From: Nemertoderma westbladi
Lineage: Eukaryota > Animalia > Xenacoelomorpha
Assembly (NCBI GenBank): GCA_032718475.1
Contig: JAUCBJ010009076.1
Span: 17,754-81,753 of the forward strand
Length of the DNA: 64,000 nt
Direction: 5' to 3'
Shown: one piece after another, positions 23,256 through 35,500 of the stretch
Layout: each line of letters begins with the position of its first letter
Position numbering within the stretch: the stretch's first letter is position 1
Position numbers and translations under genes: made by a program
The notes under the pieces: generated by a model
Told to the model about the DNA's origin: nothing
Seen by the model: the letters and a program-made list of their open reading frames with translations, nothing else
The model's database searches: none

Positions 23256-25460
23256 GGCGGGGTAGCTCAGTTGGTTGAGAGCCGGGCCTACAATCTAGTG
23301 GTTGTAGGTTCAGCCCCGTCAGGGTGCACTCAGCCTTTCATCCACTGGGGTCGATAAAATGAGTACCAGTTATATTAATGGGAGCAAATCTTGGGATAGG
23401 AGTAGCGCCCACCCCTAACCTTCGGGTAGCAGATAGGAGTAGCGCCCATTCCTACCTTCGGGTAGCAGATAGGAGTAGCGCCCACCCATACCTTCTGGTA
23501 GCAGATAAGAGAAGCGCCCACCCCTACCTTCGGGTAGAAGATACGAGTGGCGCCCACTCCTACCTTCGGGTAGCAGAAAAGAGTAGCGCCCATCCCTAAC
23601 CTTTGGGTAGCAGATAGGAGTAGCGCCCACCCCTACCTTCTGGTAGCAGATAAGAGTAGCGCCCACCCCTACCTTCGGGTAGCAGATAATAGTAGAGCCC
23701 ACACCTACTTTTGGGTAGCAGATTGGAGTAGCGCCCACCCCTACCTTCGGGTAGCAGATAGGAGTAGCGGCCACCCCTACCCTCGGGTAGCAGATAGGAG
23801 TAGCGCCCACTCCTACCTTCGGGTAGCAGAGTAGAGCCCACCCCTACCCTCGGGTAGCAGATATGAGTAGCGCCCACCCCAACCCTCGGGTAGCAGATAG
23901 GAGTAGCGCCCACCCCTACCTTCGGATAGCAGATACGAGTAGCGCCCACTCCTACCTTCGGGTAGGAGATAGGAGTAGCGCCCACCCATACCTTCTGGTA
24001 GCAGATAAGAGAAGCGCCCACCCCTACCTTCGGGTAGAAGATACGAGTAGCGCCCACTCCTATCTTCGGGTAGCAGATACGAGTAGCGCCCACTCCTACC
24101 TTCGGGTAGGAGATAGGAGTAGCGCCCACCCCTACCTTCGGGTAGCAGATAGGAGTAGCGCCCACCCCTACCTTCGGGTACCAGATAGGAGTAGCGCCCA
24201 CCCCTACCCTCGGGTACCAGATAGGAGTAGCGCCCACCCCTACCTTCGGGTAGCAGATAGGAGTAGCGCCCACCCCTACCTCCGGGTACCAGATAGGTGT
24301 AGCGCCCACCCCTACCCTCGGGTACCAGATAGGAGTAGCACCCACCCCTACCTTCGGGTAGAAGATAGGAGTAGCGCCCACCCCTACCTTCGGGTACCAG
24401 ATAGGAGTAGCGGCCACCCCTACCCTCGGGTAGCAGATAGGAGTAGCGCCCACTCCTACCTTCGGGTAGCAGATAAGAGTAGAGCCCACACCTACCCTCG
24501 GGTAGCAGATATGAGTAGCGCCCACCCCAACCCTCGGGTAGCAGATAGGAGTAGCGCCCACCCCTACCTTCGGATAGCAGATACGAGTAGCGCCCACTCC
24601 TATCTTCGGGTAGCAGATAAGAGAAGCGCCCACCCCTAACTTCGGGTAGAAGATACGAGTAGCGCCCACTCCTATCTTCGGGTAGCAGATATGAGTAGCG
24701 CCCACTCCTACCTTCGGGTAGGAGATAGGAGTAGCGCCCACCCCTACCTTCGGGTAGCAGATAGGAGTAGCGCCCACCCCTACCTTCGGGTACCAGATAG
24801 GAGTAGCGCCCACCCCTACCCTCGGGTACCAGATAGGAGTAGCGCCCACCCCTACCTTCGGGTAGCAGATAGGAGTAGCGCCCACCCCTACCTCCGGGTA
24901 CCAGATAGGAGTAGCGCCCACCCCTACCCTCGGGTACCAGATAGGAGTAGCGCCCACCCCTACCTTCGGGTAGAAGATAGGAGTAGCGCCCACCCCTACC
25001 TTCGGGTACCAGATAGGAGTAGAGGCCACCCCTACCCTCGGGTAGCAGATAGGAGTAGCGCCCACTCCTACCTTCGGGTAGCAGATAAGAGTAGAGCCCA
25101 CACCTACCCTCGGGTAGCAGATATGAGTAGCGCCCACCCCAACCCTCGGGTAGCAGATAGGAGTAGCGCCCACCCCTACCTTCGGATAGCAGATACGAGT
25201 AGCGCCCACTCCTACCTTCGGGTAGGAGATAGGAGTAGCGCCCACCCCTACCTTCGGGTAGCAGATAGGAGTAGCGCCCACCCCTACCTTCGGGTAGCAG
25301 ATAGGAGTAGCGCCCACCCCTACCTTCTGGTAGCAGATAAGAGAAGCGCCCACCCCTACCTTCGGGTAGGAGATAGGAGTAGCGCCCACCCCTACATTCG
25401 GGTAGCAGCCATCGAAAGTGGAGCCTCCGGCCTCGGCCAACTGTTTGATTGCTTGCTTGC
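23256..25460 (+). mobile_element. tRNA-derived SINE (Nin/Deu-like central domain) with internal minisatellite expansion
   Basis: A box TAGCTCAGTTGG (23263), degenerate B box GGTTCAGCCC (23307), core ACTCAGCCTTTCATCC..GGTCGATAAAATGAGTACCAG. Unique sequence resumes at 25408 and ends in (TGCT)n. Confidence 0.7.
23395..25407 (+). repeat. 36-bp minisatellite, ~56 units
   Basis: Consensus GATAGGAGTAGCGCCCACCCCTACCTTCGGGTAGCA. Variant pattern recurs at 612 bp (24481 and 25093). Confidence 0.97.
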
Positions 25461-25850
25461 TATTATTGGACGCGCTATTATTGGACGCGCTATTATTGGG
25501 CGCGCTATTATTGGACGCGCTATTATTGGACGCGCTATTATTGGACGCGCTATTATTGGACGCGCTATTATTGGACGCGCTATTATTGGACGCGCTATTA
25601 TTGGACGCGCTATTATTGGACGCGCTATTATTGGACGCGCTATTATTGGAAGCGCTATTATTGGACGCGCTATTATTGGACGCGCTATTATTGGACGCGC
25701 TATTATTGGACGCGCTATTATTGGACGCGCTATTATTGGACGCGCTATTATTGGACGCGCTATTATTGGACGCGCTATTATTGGAAGCGCTATTATTGGA
25801 CGCGCTATTATTGGACGCGCTATTATTGGACGCGCTATTATTGGAAGCGC
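25461..25850. repeat. 15-bp tandem repeat, 26 units
   Basis: (TATTATTGGACGCGC)n, nearly homogeneous. Confidence 0.97.
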
Positions 25851-28800
25851 TAATAATAATAATCAGAGCGCATGGAGGCGCATCATCCGGACAAGCCGGC
25901 ATTTATTTGTGGAATTTAAAAGGGAAGTACAAAATAAAATCAAATAGCAGAAGTATATAAAATAGCACTGTTAGTAAAATAATTGATATGACATTTGAGA
26001 ATAATTAAAACAGACTGCTACTACTAAGCCATTCATAATAAAAGAATAAAATCCGGATCATCTAAAAGAGCTATGCTCATAAGTTCAGGTAAAATTACTG
26101 ATTGTATTCGGTTCATTAAAGACTCAATAATTACGAGTTATAGTTCGTACACGATAAATCAAAATAGGATACGATCCAGCAATCACGTCACCCTAACTTT
26201 ATTTATCCAGTTAAAATATTGTTCTATCCTATGATGACGCGTTTTGAAAGGCAACGACTGCGAATAGCACTGCAAAATAAAATCGCGGTCGGATTCCTCC
26301 GCCATTGTGAGTGCTGCAGGTTCTAAAAGCTTATATAGTGAGCATTTACTATATTTATAGCACAAAATTGAGCTCAAACTGGGGATAGCATACTTTTGAG
26401 AACATTTTTCAAAAACTGAGCCCAGTCCTACATAAAGGTTATTTGTTGTCCCAGACAGGTTAGCCTGTAATGCGATACGCAGGATGGACTGTAATAAAAC
26501 ATTTGGGCACTTATTTACTCTGGTTAATGTTCCGACACAAAGTTTATACATTTCCACACTAAAATCGTTGCATCCGAGTAATGCAAGGGTTACGTTGTTG
26601 CTTGAATAAGGACCCACGAAAAGTAAACCTCGCAGAGTCTTTCGGTAATAAGAGTCAAGTTCAGCGATTTCTTTTGAACATAGCGAACCAATAAGATACC
26701 GCGATGAGTAGGATATGGTTGGTACAGCTATGGACCGCCACAGGTATCCCAGTGTGCTGCAATCGAGCCAGCGCGCATTCCACCCATTTCGATGAAATAA
26801 ATCCGACATTATGGCTATCGAGCGGATGCAATCCTGGAGGCTGTTGCGACGTGGATGTACAATGGGGAAGCCCAAAAAGGTCATGTCATCTGATCGTGGA
26901 ACTAATGTTCCATTGATGCACATAAATGTAGGGACATTCTCACATGAATAATCATTACCATAGCAGGACCACTTTGTTTTGCTCATCTCAATCTCCAGTT
27001 TCACTTTATTCATTTCAATGCTGAAAATATCAGCGGCCAATGTCAGTTCGGTGACAGATGTTGCAGTGAGCAGTATATCATCAGCATATGCTATGATGCC
27101 CAGCCAAATGAGCCCAACGATGGACCCAAATCCGTTTAAGCTTAGGATATCCAGAACATCCTTCATATAAAGAAGAAACAGTAAAGGTGACAACAGTGAC
27201 CCCTGCTTGACTCCACGTACCAGGTTGATCCCACAAACATCTATCTCGTCGGCAACCTTGAGAAAGGCACAAGTAGATTCATAATACGCTAGTAGAACTA
27301 GGCAGATGTAAGGGTTTATTATCTCCTTTAGTTTACTGAACAGTAGAACAAAGTCGAGGCTACCAAATGCACCAGAAATGTCCATTTGACAAAGGAAGAC
27401 ATTGGTGCCAGTTCTGCGCTGGGACTCTAAGAATTCTAGAATAGTGCTGATAATTAGATCTGCCCCCAGCTTTTTCTGGTAAGCGAGTTGCTGTTGTGGA
27501 ATAAAATCCATCAAGGAGAAATATTCGTGTAGAATCACAGATTCCAATATCTTCCCGAAAATGCAGACTGTAGCAATTGGTCTATATGACTTTGACACAT
27601 TGATGTTGCGGCCTTTTCCTTTATATATATGTGTCAAAATGGTTTCCCCCATGAATTCCGGTGTATGACCAGTTCTAAAACAAGCATTGATTAAATCCGC
27701 AAGAGCAGAGCTAATGATTTGTGCGTCAAGGGACAGAAAGTGTTCTACGGAGAGGGAATGATTGTCAGGTGACTTCCCCTTGGCCAGCGATGATATAGCA
27801 CTCTGAACAGCTAAAGGTGAAACTGTTGGCACAAATGAGTCTGCACATTGTTGTCTAAGTTCGCTCTTTAGTTGATCTATGGAGGAAGAATAGTCACTAC
27901 TCTTTTGATGGTTATTTCTGAGATCCTGTCTAATAGCATTCACAGCTGTTTGAGGCAGTTTATCGGAACGCTGTTTCGAATTGAAGTGCTGCCAGAACTT
28001 TCTCGGATTTGATTTAAAAGTGCTCGCAATATGTGAGGTTTCGTTTTTCACCATAGATTTTGTTACCCAGTTCTTTAGACGCCGCAGAGAGCGCTTCGAC
28101 TCTTTCAGTGCGTTGCCATGGATACTGTTGGTTGGCTTCCCCTCGCAGACCCATAAATTGTATAGTTGTTGACAGACCTTCGATCTTTCTTTAATTTCCA
28201 TTGACCTGATCCTTAGATTTTTTGTTTTCCTCCTGCCCTTCGAAGTGAGCAGGTACCTTGAGGAAGCATTATGCAGATTATTTCGTAGGGTCATTGCAAA
28301 CTTATCTATGTTGTTGACAGACCACTGTGCTGGTGGGATACCAACTTCGGCGTATAGATTATTTAGACACTCTGACACATTGTTTCGATACCTAGAAAGT
28401 TGTTGTTTATTTACCCTCGTCCACTGTATGCGAGCTGGAGCAGATCTAGATTTAATTCTGTCCGCTGATTCTACATGATTTGAACATAACCTGGAGAGAT
28501 CGACAGTAGCAACTACTGGAACGTGATCAGAGAAGTTTGCGGGGTTTGTTTTGTAAACACAACCATTAACAACATTGGACATGACTTCTGAAGTGCTAAG
28601 AATGTGGTCAATGTATGAAGAGCCATGACCTTTAAATGTGACTGTTGGACCGTCGAAGGGGCTGTAGGTGTCTAGGGCCAGTAAGCCCTGCTCCTGTAGG
28701 AATTGATGAAGTCGAATCCCCCGAGCAGTCGCCTTTTCTCTATTCCAACGCGGACCCTGGAGAGCACCCAGATCAGAGTTGAAATCGGAGAGGATAAATG

Positions 28801-29527
28801 GTGTTGCATGTTGATTAATATCCAAAATATTTGAGAGCCTGCCAAGGAACTCCTCAAAAACAGAGGCGGGTTTGGACGAGTCGGGTGCATATCCAGAAAC
28901 GAACAATAGAGGCTGGTGAAAACCCGATATGGAGCCCATGACACCCACAATGTCGTCGGATGAAGACACTACACTGAATTTGTTGCAAACACTTTTGCGT
29001 ATAAGAAGACATACACCTCCAGCACCACGTTTACGCGATGGGTTTTTCATTAGATCACTCACAAGGTGAACACAGTCGAAGTCCGGGCTTATTTCTGCTA
29101 GGATACTATTCGCCTCGACTCCATCAAGCCAATGTTCCTGGATAGCAAGTATGTCTAGCACACCCAATAACTGTGAGATGTAGTCGATATTACTAATAAT
29201 TCCATGACAGTTAAAAGTACCAATCCGTATAAATTCATCCATATTATTTAGTTTATAGGGGTGCCTAGGGTGATGAGATTGCTGGAGGGGTGGGTCAAAA
29301 ATGGTTCAGGTACGCTTTGTCCTTAGTGCGGATGTTTTTGTGATTGCGATATTCGAAGTTTGGATAAGGCCATTGGGGGTATCTACCATGATCAGCGAGT
29401 TTGCAGTCAAACATTGGAGCTTCTATGTGCTGGAATAGCCGAGATTGTTGCAAATTAAGTTTGGAATTCCTGTGCACATAATCGTGGGGCAACCCATTTC
29501 TTAGGTGACAGCGGTGACTTAGGTCAT
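25851..29527 (-). mobile_element. 5'-truncated non-LTR retrotransposon (APE-RT LINE, possibly RTEX/Proto2-like)
   Basis: Intact ORF2, ~330-bp 3' UTR ending in (ATT)4 at 25851-25863, and a probable ORF1 tail (stop at 29295) cut off by the satellite. The clade is a guess from motif style. Confidence 0.8.
26183..29242 (-). CDS. LINE ORF2: AP-like endonuclease plus reverse transcriptase
   Basis: 1019 aa with no stops. APE motifs TFNCHG, IQEHW, SDFNS, YIDHIL, SDHVPV. RT motifs YRPIA, DISGAF, GVKQGSLLSPLLF, YADDI. Confidence 0.95.
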   Translation of the reverse strand: MDEFIRIGTFNCHGIISNIDYISQLLGVLDILAIQEHWLDGVEANSILAEISPDFDCVHLVSDLMKNPSRKRGAGGVCLLIRKSVCNKFSVVSSSDDIVGVMGSISGFHQPLLFVSGYAPDSSKPASVFEEFLGRLSNILDINQHATPFILSDFNSDLGALQGPRWNREKATARGIRLHQFLQEQGLLALDTYSPFDGPTVTFKGHGSSYIDHILSTSEVMSNVVNGCVYKTNPANFSDHVPVVATVDLSRLCSNHVESADRIKSRSAPARIQWTRVNKQQLSRYRNNVSECLNNLYAEVGIPPAQWSVNNIDKFAMTLRNNLHNASSRYLLTSKGRRKTKNLRIRSMEIKERSKVCQQLYNLWVCEGKPTNSIHGNALKESKRSLRRLKNWVTKSMVKNETSHIASTFKSNPRKFWQHFNSKQRSDKLPQTAVNAIRQDLRNNHQKSSDYSSSIDQLKSELRQQCADSFVPTVSPLAVQSAISSLAKGKSPDNHSLSVEHFLSLDAQIISSALADLINACFRTGHTPEFMGETILTHIYKGKGRNINVSKSYRPIATVCIFGKILESVILHEYFSLMDFIPQQQLAYQKKLGADLIISTILEFLESQRRTGTNVFLCQMDISGAFGSLDFVLLFSKLKEIINPYICLVLLAYYESTCAFLKVADEIDVCGINLVRGVKQGSLLSPLLFLLYMKDVLDILSLNGFGSIVGLIWLGIIAYADDILLTATSVTELTLAADIFSIEMNKVKLEIEMSKTKWSCYGNDYSCENVPTFMCINGTLVPRSDDMTFLGFPIVHPRRNSLQDCIRSIAIMSDLFHRNGWNARWLDCSTLGYLWRSIAVPTISYSSRYLIGSLCSKEIAELDSYYRKTLRGLLFVGPYSSNNVTLALLGCNDFSVEMYKLCVGTLTRVNKCPNVLLQSILRIALQANLSGTTNNLYVGLGSVFEKCSQKYAIPSLSSILCYKYSKCSLYKLLEPAALTMAEESDRDFILQCYSQSLPFKTRHHRIEQYFNWINKVRVT

Positions 29528-32500
29528 CAGAGTTCCATCAAAGTAAGTTCCGTTGTATCTCTACAGAGTTCCATCAATGTAAGTTCCGTTTTATCTCTAC
29601 AGATTTCCATCAAAGTAAGTTCCGTTGTATCTCTCTCTACAGAGTTCCATCAAAGTAAAGTTCCGTTGTATCTCTACAGAGTTCCATCAAAGTAAGTTCC
29701 GTTGTATCTCTACAAAGTTCCATCAATGTAAGTTCCGTTGTATCTCTACAGAGTTCCATCACAGTAAGTTCCATTGTATCTCTACAGAGTTCCATCAAAG
29801 TAAGTTCCGTTGTATCTCTACAGAGTTCCATCAAAGTAAGTTCCGTTGTATCTCTCTCTACAGAGTTCCATCAAAGTAAGTTCCGTTGTATCTCTACAGA
29901 GTTCCATCAAAGTAAGTTCCGTTGTATCTCTACAGAGTTCCATCAAAGTAAGTTCCGTTGTATCTCTACAGAGTTCCATCAAAGTAAGTTCCGTTGTATC
30001 TCTCTCTACAGAGTTCCATCAAAGTAAGTTCCATTGTATCTCTACAGAGTTCCATCAAAGTAAGTTCCGTTGTATCTCTACAGAGTTCCATCGAAGTAAG
30101 TTTTGTTGTATCTCTACAGAGTCCCGTCAAAGTAAGTTACGTTGTATCTCTACAGAGTTCCGTCAAAGTAAATTCCGTTGTATCTCTACAGAGTTCCATC
30201 AAAGTAAATTCCGTTGTATCTCTCTCTACAGAGTTCCATCAAAGTAAGTTCCGTTGTATCTCTACAGAGTTCCATCACAGTAAGTTCCGTAGTATCTCTA
30301 CAGAGTTCCATCAAAGTAAGTTCCGTTGTATCTCTACAGAGTTCCATCAAAGTAAGTTCCGTTGTATCTCTCTCTACAGAGTTCCATCAAAGTAAGTTCC
30401 GTTGTATCTCTACAGAGTTCCATCAAAGTAAGTTCCGTTGTATCTCTACAGAGTTCCATCAATGTAAGTTCCGTTTTATCTCTACAGATTTCCATCAAAG
30501 TAAGTTCCGTTGTATCTCTCTCTACAGAGTTCCATCAAAGTAAGTTCCGTTGTATCTCTACAGAGTTCCATCAAAGTAAGTTCCGTTGTATCTCTACAGA
30601 GTTCCATCAAAGTAAGTTCCGTTGTATCTCTACAGAGTTCCATCAAAGTAAGTTCCGTTGTATCTCTACAGAGTTCCATCAAAGTAAGTTCCGTTGTATC
30701 TCTACAGAGTTCCATCGAAGTAAGTTATGTTGTATCTCTACAGAGTCCCGTCAAAGTAAGTTCCGTTGCATCTCTACAGAGTTCCGTCAAAGTAAATTCC
30801 GTTGTATCTCTACAGAGTTCCATCAAAGTAAGTTCCATTGTATCTCTCTCTACAGAGTTCCATCAAAGTAAGTTCCGTTGTATCTCTACAGAGTTCCATC
30901 AAAGTAAGTTCCGTTGTATCTCTACAGAGTTCCATCAAAGTAAGTTCCGTTGTATCTCTACAGAGTTCCATCAAAGTAAGTTCCGTTGTATCTCTACAGA
31001 GTTCCATCAAAGTAAGTTCCGTTGTATCTCTACAGAGTTCCATCAAAGTAAGTTCCGTTGTATCTCTACAGAGTTCCATCAAAGTAAGTTCCGTTGTATC
31101 TCTACAGAGTTCCATCAAAGTAAGTTCCGTTGTATCTCTACAGAGTTCCATCAAAGTAAGTTCCGTTGTATCTCTACAGAGTTCCATCAAAGTAAGTTCC
31201 GTTGTATCTCTCTCTACAGAGTTCCATCAAAGTAAGTTCCGTTGTATCTCTACAGAGTTCCATCAAAGTAAGTTCCGTTGTATCTCTACAGAGTTCCATC
31301 AAAGTAAGTTCCGTTGTATCTCTACAGAGTTCCTTCAAAGTAAGTTCCGTTGTATCTCAACAGAGTTCCATCAAAGTAAGTTTCGTTGTATCTCTACAGA
31401 GTTCCATCAAAGTAAGTTCCGTTGTACTCTCTCTACAGAGTTCCATTAAAGTAAGTTCCGTTGTATCTCTACGGAGTTCCATCAAAGTAAGTTCCGTTGT
31501 ATCTCTACAGAGTTCCATCAAAATAAGTTCCGTTGTATCTCTACAGAGTTCCATCAAAGTAAGTTCCGTTGTATCTCTACAGAATTCCATCAAAGTAAGT
31601 TCCGTTGTATCTCTACAGAGTCCCGTCAAAGTAAATTCCGAAGTTCCGTTGTATCTCTACAGAGTTCCATCAAAGTAAGTTCCGTTGTATCTCTACAAAG
31701 TTCCATCAATGTAAGTTCCGTTGTATCTCTACAGAGTTCCATCACAGTAAGTTCCGTTGTATCTCTACAGAGTTCCATCAAAGTAAGTTCCGTTGTATCT
31801 CTACAGAGTTCCATCAAAGTAAGTTCCGTTGTATCTCTCTCTACATAGTTCCATCAAAGTAAGTTCCGTTGTATCTCTACAGAGTTCCATCAAAGTAAGT
31901 TCCGTTGTATCTCTACAGAGTTCCATCAAAGTAAGTTCCGTTGTATCTCTACAGAGTTCCATCAAAGTAAGTTCCGTTGTATCTCTCTCTACAGAGTTCC
32001 ATCAAAGTAAGTTCCATTGTATCTCTACAGAGTTCCATCAAAGTAAGTTCCGTTGTATCTCTACAGAGTTCCATCGAAGTAAGTTTTGTTGTATCTCTAC
32101 AGAGTCCCGTCAAAGTAAGTTACGTTGTATCTCTACAGAGTTCCGTCAAAGTAAATTCCGTTGTATCTCTACAGAGTTCCATCAAAGTAAGTTCCGTTGT
32201 ATCTCTCTCTACAGAGTTCCATCAAAGTAAGTTCCGTTGTATCTCTACAGAGTTCCATCACAGTAAGTTCCGTTGTATCTCTACAGAGTTCCGTCAAAGT
32301 AAGTTCCGTTGTATCTCTACAGAGTTCCATCAAAGTAAGTTCCGTTGTATCTCTACAGAGTTCCATCAAAGTAAGTTCCGTTGTATCTCTCTCTACAGAG
32401 TTCCATCAAAGTAAGTTCCGTTGTATCTCTACAGAGTTCCATCAAAGTAAGTTCCGTTGTATCTCTACAGAGTTCCATCAATGTAAGTTCCGTTTTATCT

Positions 32501-35500
32501 CTACAGATTTCCATCAAAGTAAGTTCCGTTGTATCTCTCTCTACAGAGTTCCATCAAAGTAAGTTCCGTTGTATCTCTACAGAGTTCCATCAAAGTAAGT
32601 TCCGTTGTATCTCTACAGAGTTCCATCAAAGTAAGTTCCGTTGTATCTCTACAGAGTTCCATCAAAGTAAGTTCCGTTGTATCTCTACAGAGTTCCATCA
32701 AAGTAAGTTCCGTTGTATCTCTACAGAGTTCCATCAAAGTAAGTTCCGTTGTATCTCTACAGAGTTCCATCAAAGTAAGTTCCGTTGTATCTCTACAGAG
32801 TCCCGTCAAAGTAAGTTCCGTTGCATCTCTACAGAGTTCCGTCAAAGTAAATTCCGTTGTATCTCTACAGAGTTCCATCAAAGTAAGTTCCATTGTATCT
32901 CTCTCTACAGAGTTCCATCAAAGTAAGTTCCGTTGTATCTCTACAGAGTTCCATCAAAGTAAGTTCCGTTGTATCTCTACAGAGTTCCATCAAAGTAAGT
33001 TCCGTTGTATCTCTACAGAGTTCCATCAAAGTAAGTTCCGTTGTATCTCTACAGAGTTCCATCAAAGTAAGTTCCGTTGTATCTCTACAGAGTTCCATCA
33101 AAGTAAGTTCCGTTGTATCTCTACAGAGTTCCATCAAAGTAAGTTCCGTTGTATCTCTACAGAGTTCCATCAAAGTAAGTTCCGTTGTATCTCTACAGAG
33201 TCCCTTCAAAGTAAGTTCCGTTGTATCTCTACAGAGTTCCATCAAAGTAAGTTCCGTTGTATCTCTACAGAGTTCCGTCAAAGTAAATTCCGTTGTATCT
33301 CTCTCTACAGAGTTCCATCAAAGTAAGTTCCGTTGTATCTCTACAGAGTTCCATCAAAGTAAGTTCCGTTGTATCTCTACAGAGTTCCGTCAAAGTAAGT
33401 TCCGTTGTATCTCTCTCTACAGAGTTCCATCAAAGTAAAGTTCCGTTGTATCTCTACAGAGTTCCATCAAAGTAAGTTCCGTTGTATCTCTACAAAGTTC
33501 CATCAAAGTAAGTTCCGTTGTATCTCTACAGAGTTCCATCACAGTAAGTTCCGTTGTATCTCTACAGAGTTCCATCAAAGTAAGTTCCGTTGTATCTCTA
33601 CAGAGTTCCATCAAAGTAAGTTCCGTTGTATCTCTCTCTACAGAGTTCCATCAAAGTAAGTTCCGTTGTATCTCTACAGAGTTCCATCAAAGTAAGTTCC
33701 GTTGTATCTCTACAGAGTTCCATCAAAGTAAGTTCCGTTGTATCTCTACAGAGTTCCATCAAAGTAAGTTCCGTTGTATCTCTCTCTACAGAGTTCCATC
33801 AAAGTAAGTTCCATTGTATCTCTACAGAGTTCCATCAAAGTAAGTTCCGTTGTATCTCTACAGAGTTCCATCGAAGTAAGTTCTGTTGTATCTCTACAGA
33901 GTCCCGTCAAAGTAAGTTCCGTTGTATCTCTACAGAGTTCCGTCAAAGTAAATTCCGTTGTATCTCTACAGAGTTCCATCAAAGTAAGTTCCGTTGTATC
34001 TCTCTCTACAGAGTTCCATCAAAGTAAGTTCCGTTGTATCTCTACAGAGTTCCATCAAAGTAAGTTCCGTTGTATCTCTACAGAGTTCCATCAAAGTAAG
34101 TTCCGTTGTATCTATACAGAGTCCCTTCAAAGTAAGTTCCGTTGTATCTCTACAGAGTTCCATCAAAGTAAGTTCCGTTGTATCTCTACAGAGTTCCGTC
34201 AAAGTAAATTCCGTTGTATCTCTCTCTACAGAGTTCCATCAATGTAAGTTCCGTTTTATCTCTACAGATTTCCATCAAAGTAAGTTCCGTTGTATCTCTC
34301 TCTACAGAGTTCCATCAAAGTAAGTTCCGTTGTATCTCTACAGAGTTCCATCAAAGTAAGTTCCGTTGTATCTCTACAGAGTTCCATCAAAGTAAGTTCC
34401 GTTGTATCTCTACAGAGTTCCATCAAAGTAAGTTCCGTTGTATCTCTACAGAGTTCCATCAAAGTAAGTTCCGTTGTATCTCTACAGAGTTCCATCGAAG
34501 TAAGTTCTGTTGTATCTCTACAGAGTCCCGTCAAAGTAAGTTCCGTTGTATCTCTACAGAGTTCCGTCAAAGTAAATTCCGTTGTATCTCTACAGAGTTC
34601 CATCAAAGTAAGTTCCATTGTATCTCTCTCTACAGAGTTCCATCAAAGTAAGTTCCGTTGTATCTCTACAGAGTTCCATCAAAGTAAGTTCCGTTGTATC
34701 TCTACAGAGTTCCATCAAAGTAAGTTCCGTTGTATCTCTACAGAGTTCCATCAAAGTAAGTTCCGTTGTATCTCTACAGAGTTCCATCAAAGTAAGTTCC
34801 GTTGTATCTCTACAGAGGTCCATCAAAGTAAGTTCCGTTGTATCTCTACAGAGTCCCGTCAAAGTAAGTTCCGTTGTATCTCTACAGAGTTCCATCAAAG
34901 TAAGTTCCGTTGTATCTCTACAGAGTTCCATCAAAGTAAGTTCTGTTGTATCTCTACAGAGTTCCATCAAAGTAAGTTCCGTTGTATCTCTACAGAGTCC
35001 CGTCAAAGTAAGTTCCGTTGTATTTCTACAGAGTTCCATCAAAGTAAGTTCCGTTGTATCTCTACAGAGTTCCATCAAAGTAAGTTCCGTTGTATCTCTC
35101 TCTACAGAGTTCCATCAAAGTAAGTTCCGTTGTATCTCTACAGAGTTCCTTCAAAGTAAGTTCCGTTGTATCTCAACAGAGTTCCATCAAAGTAAGTTTC
35201 GTTGTATCTCTACAGAGTTCCATCAAAGTAAGTTCCGTTGTACTCTCTCTACAGAGTTCCATCAAAGTAAGTTCCGTTGTATCTCTACAGAGTTCCATCA
35301 AAGTAAGTTCCGTTGTATCTCTACAGAGTTCCATCAAAGTAAGTTCCGTTGTATCTCTACAGAGTTCCATCAAAGTAAGTTCCGTTGTATCTCTACAGAA
35401 TTCCATCAAAGTAAGTTCCGTTGTATCTCTACAGAGTCCCGTCAAAGTAAATTCCGAAGTTCCGTTGTATCTCTACAGAGTTCCATCAAAGTAAGTTCCG

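Noticed and set aside
23256-23325. Functional tRNA gene
   Set aside because: Degenerate B box, no clean cloverleaf, and it runs into SINE core sequence.
23375-25960. Long repeat ORFs, including the 768-aa one
   Set aside because: Translations of the 36-bp and 15-bp arrays, open in several frames at once.
29495-29530. Minus-strand hammerhead (CUGAUGA...GAAA)
   Set aside because: The intervening sequence is a direct repeat and cannot form stem II.
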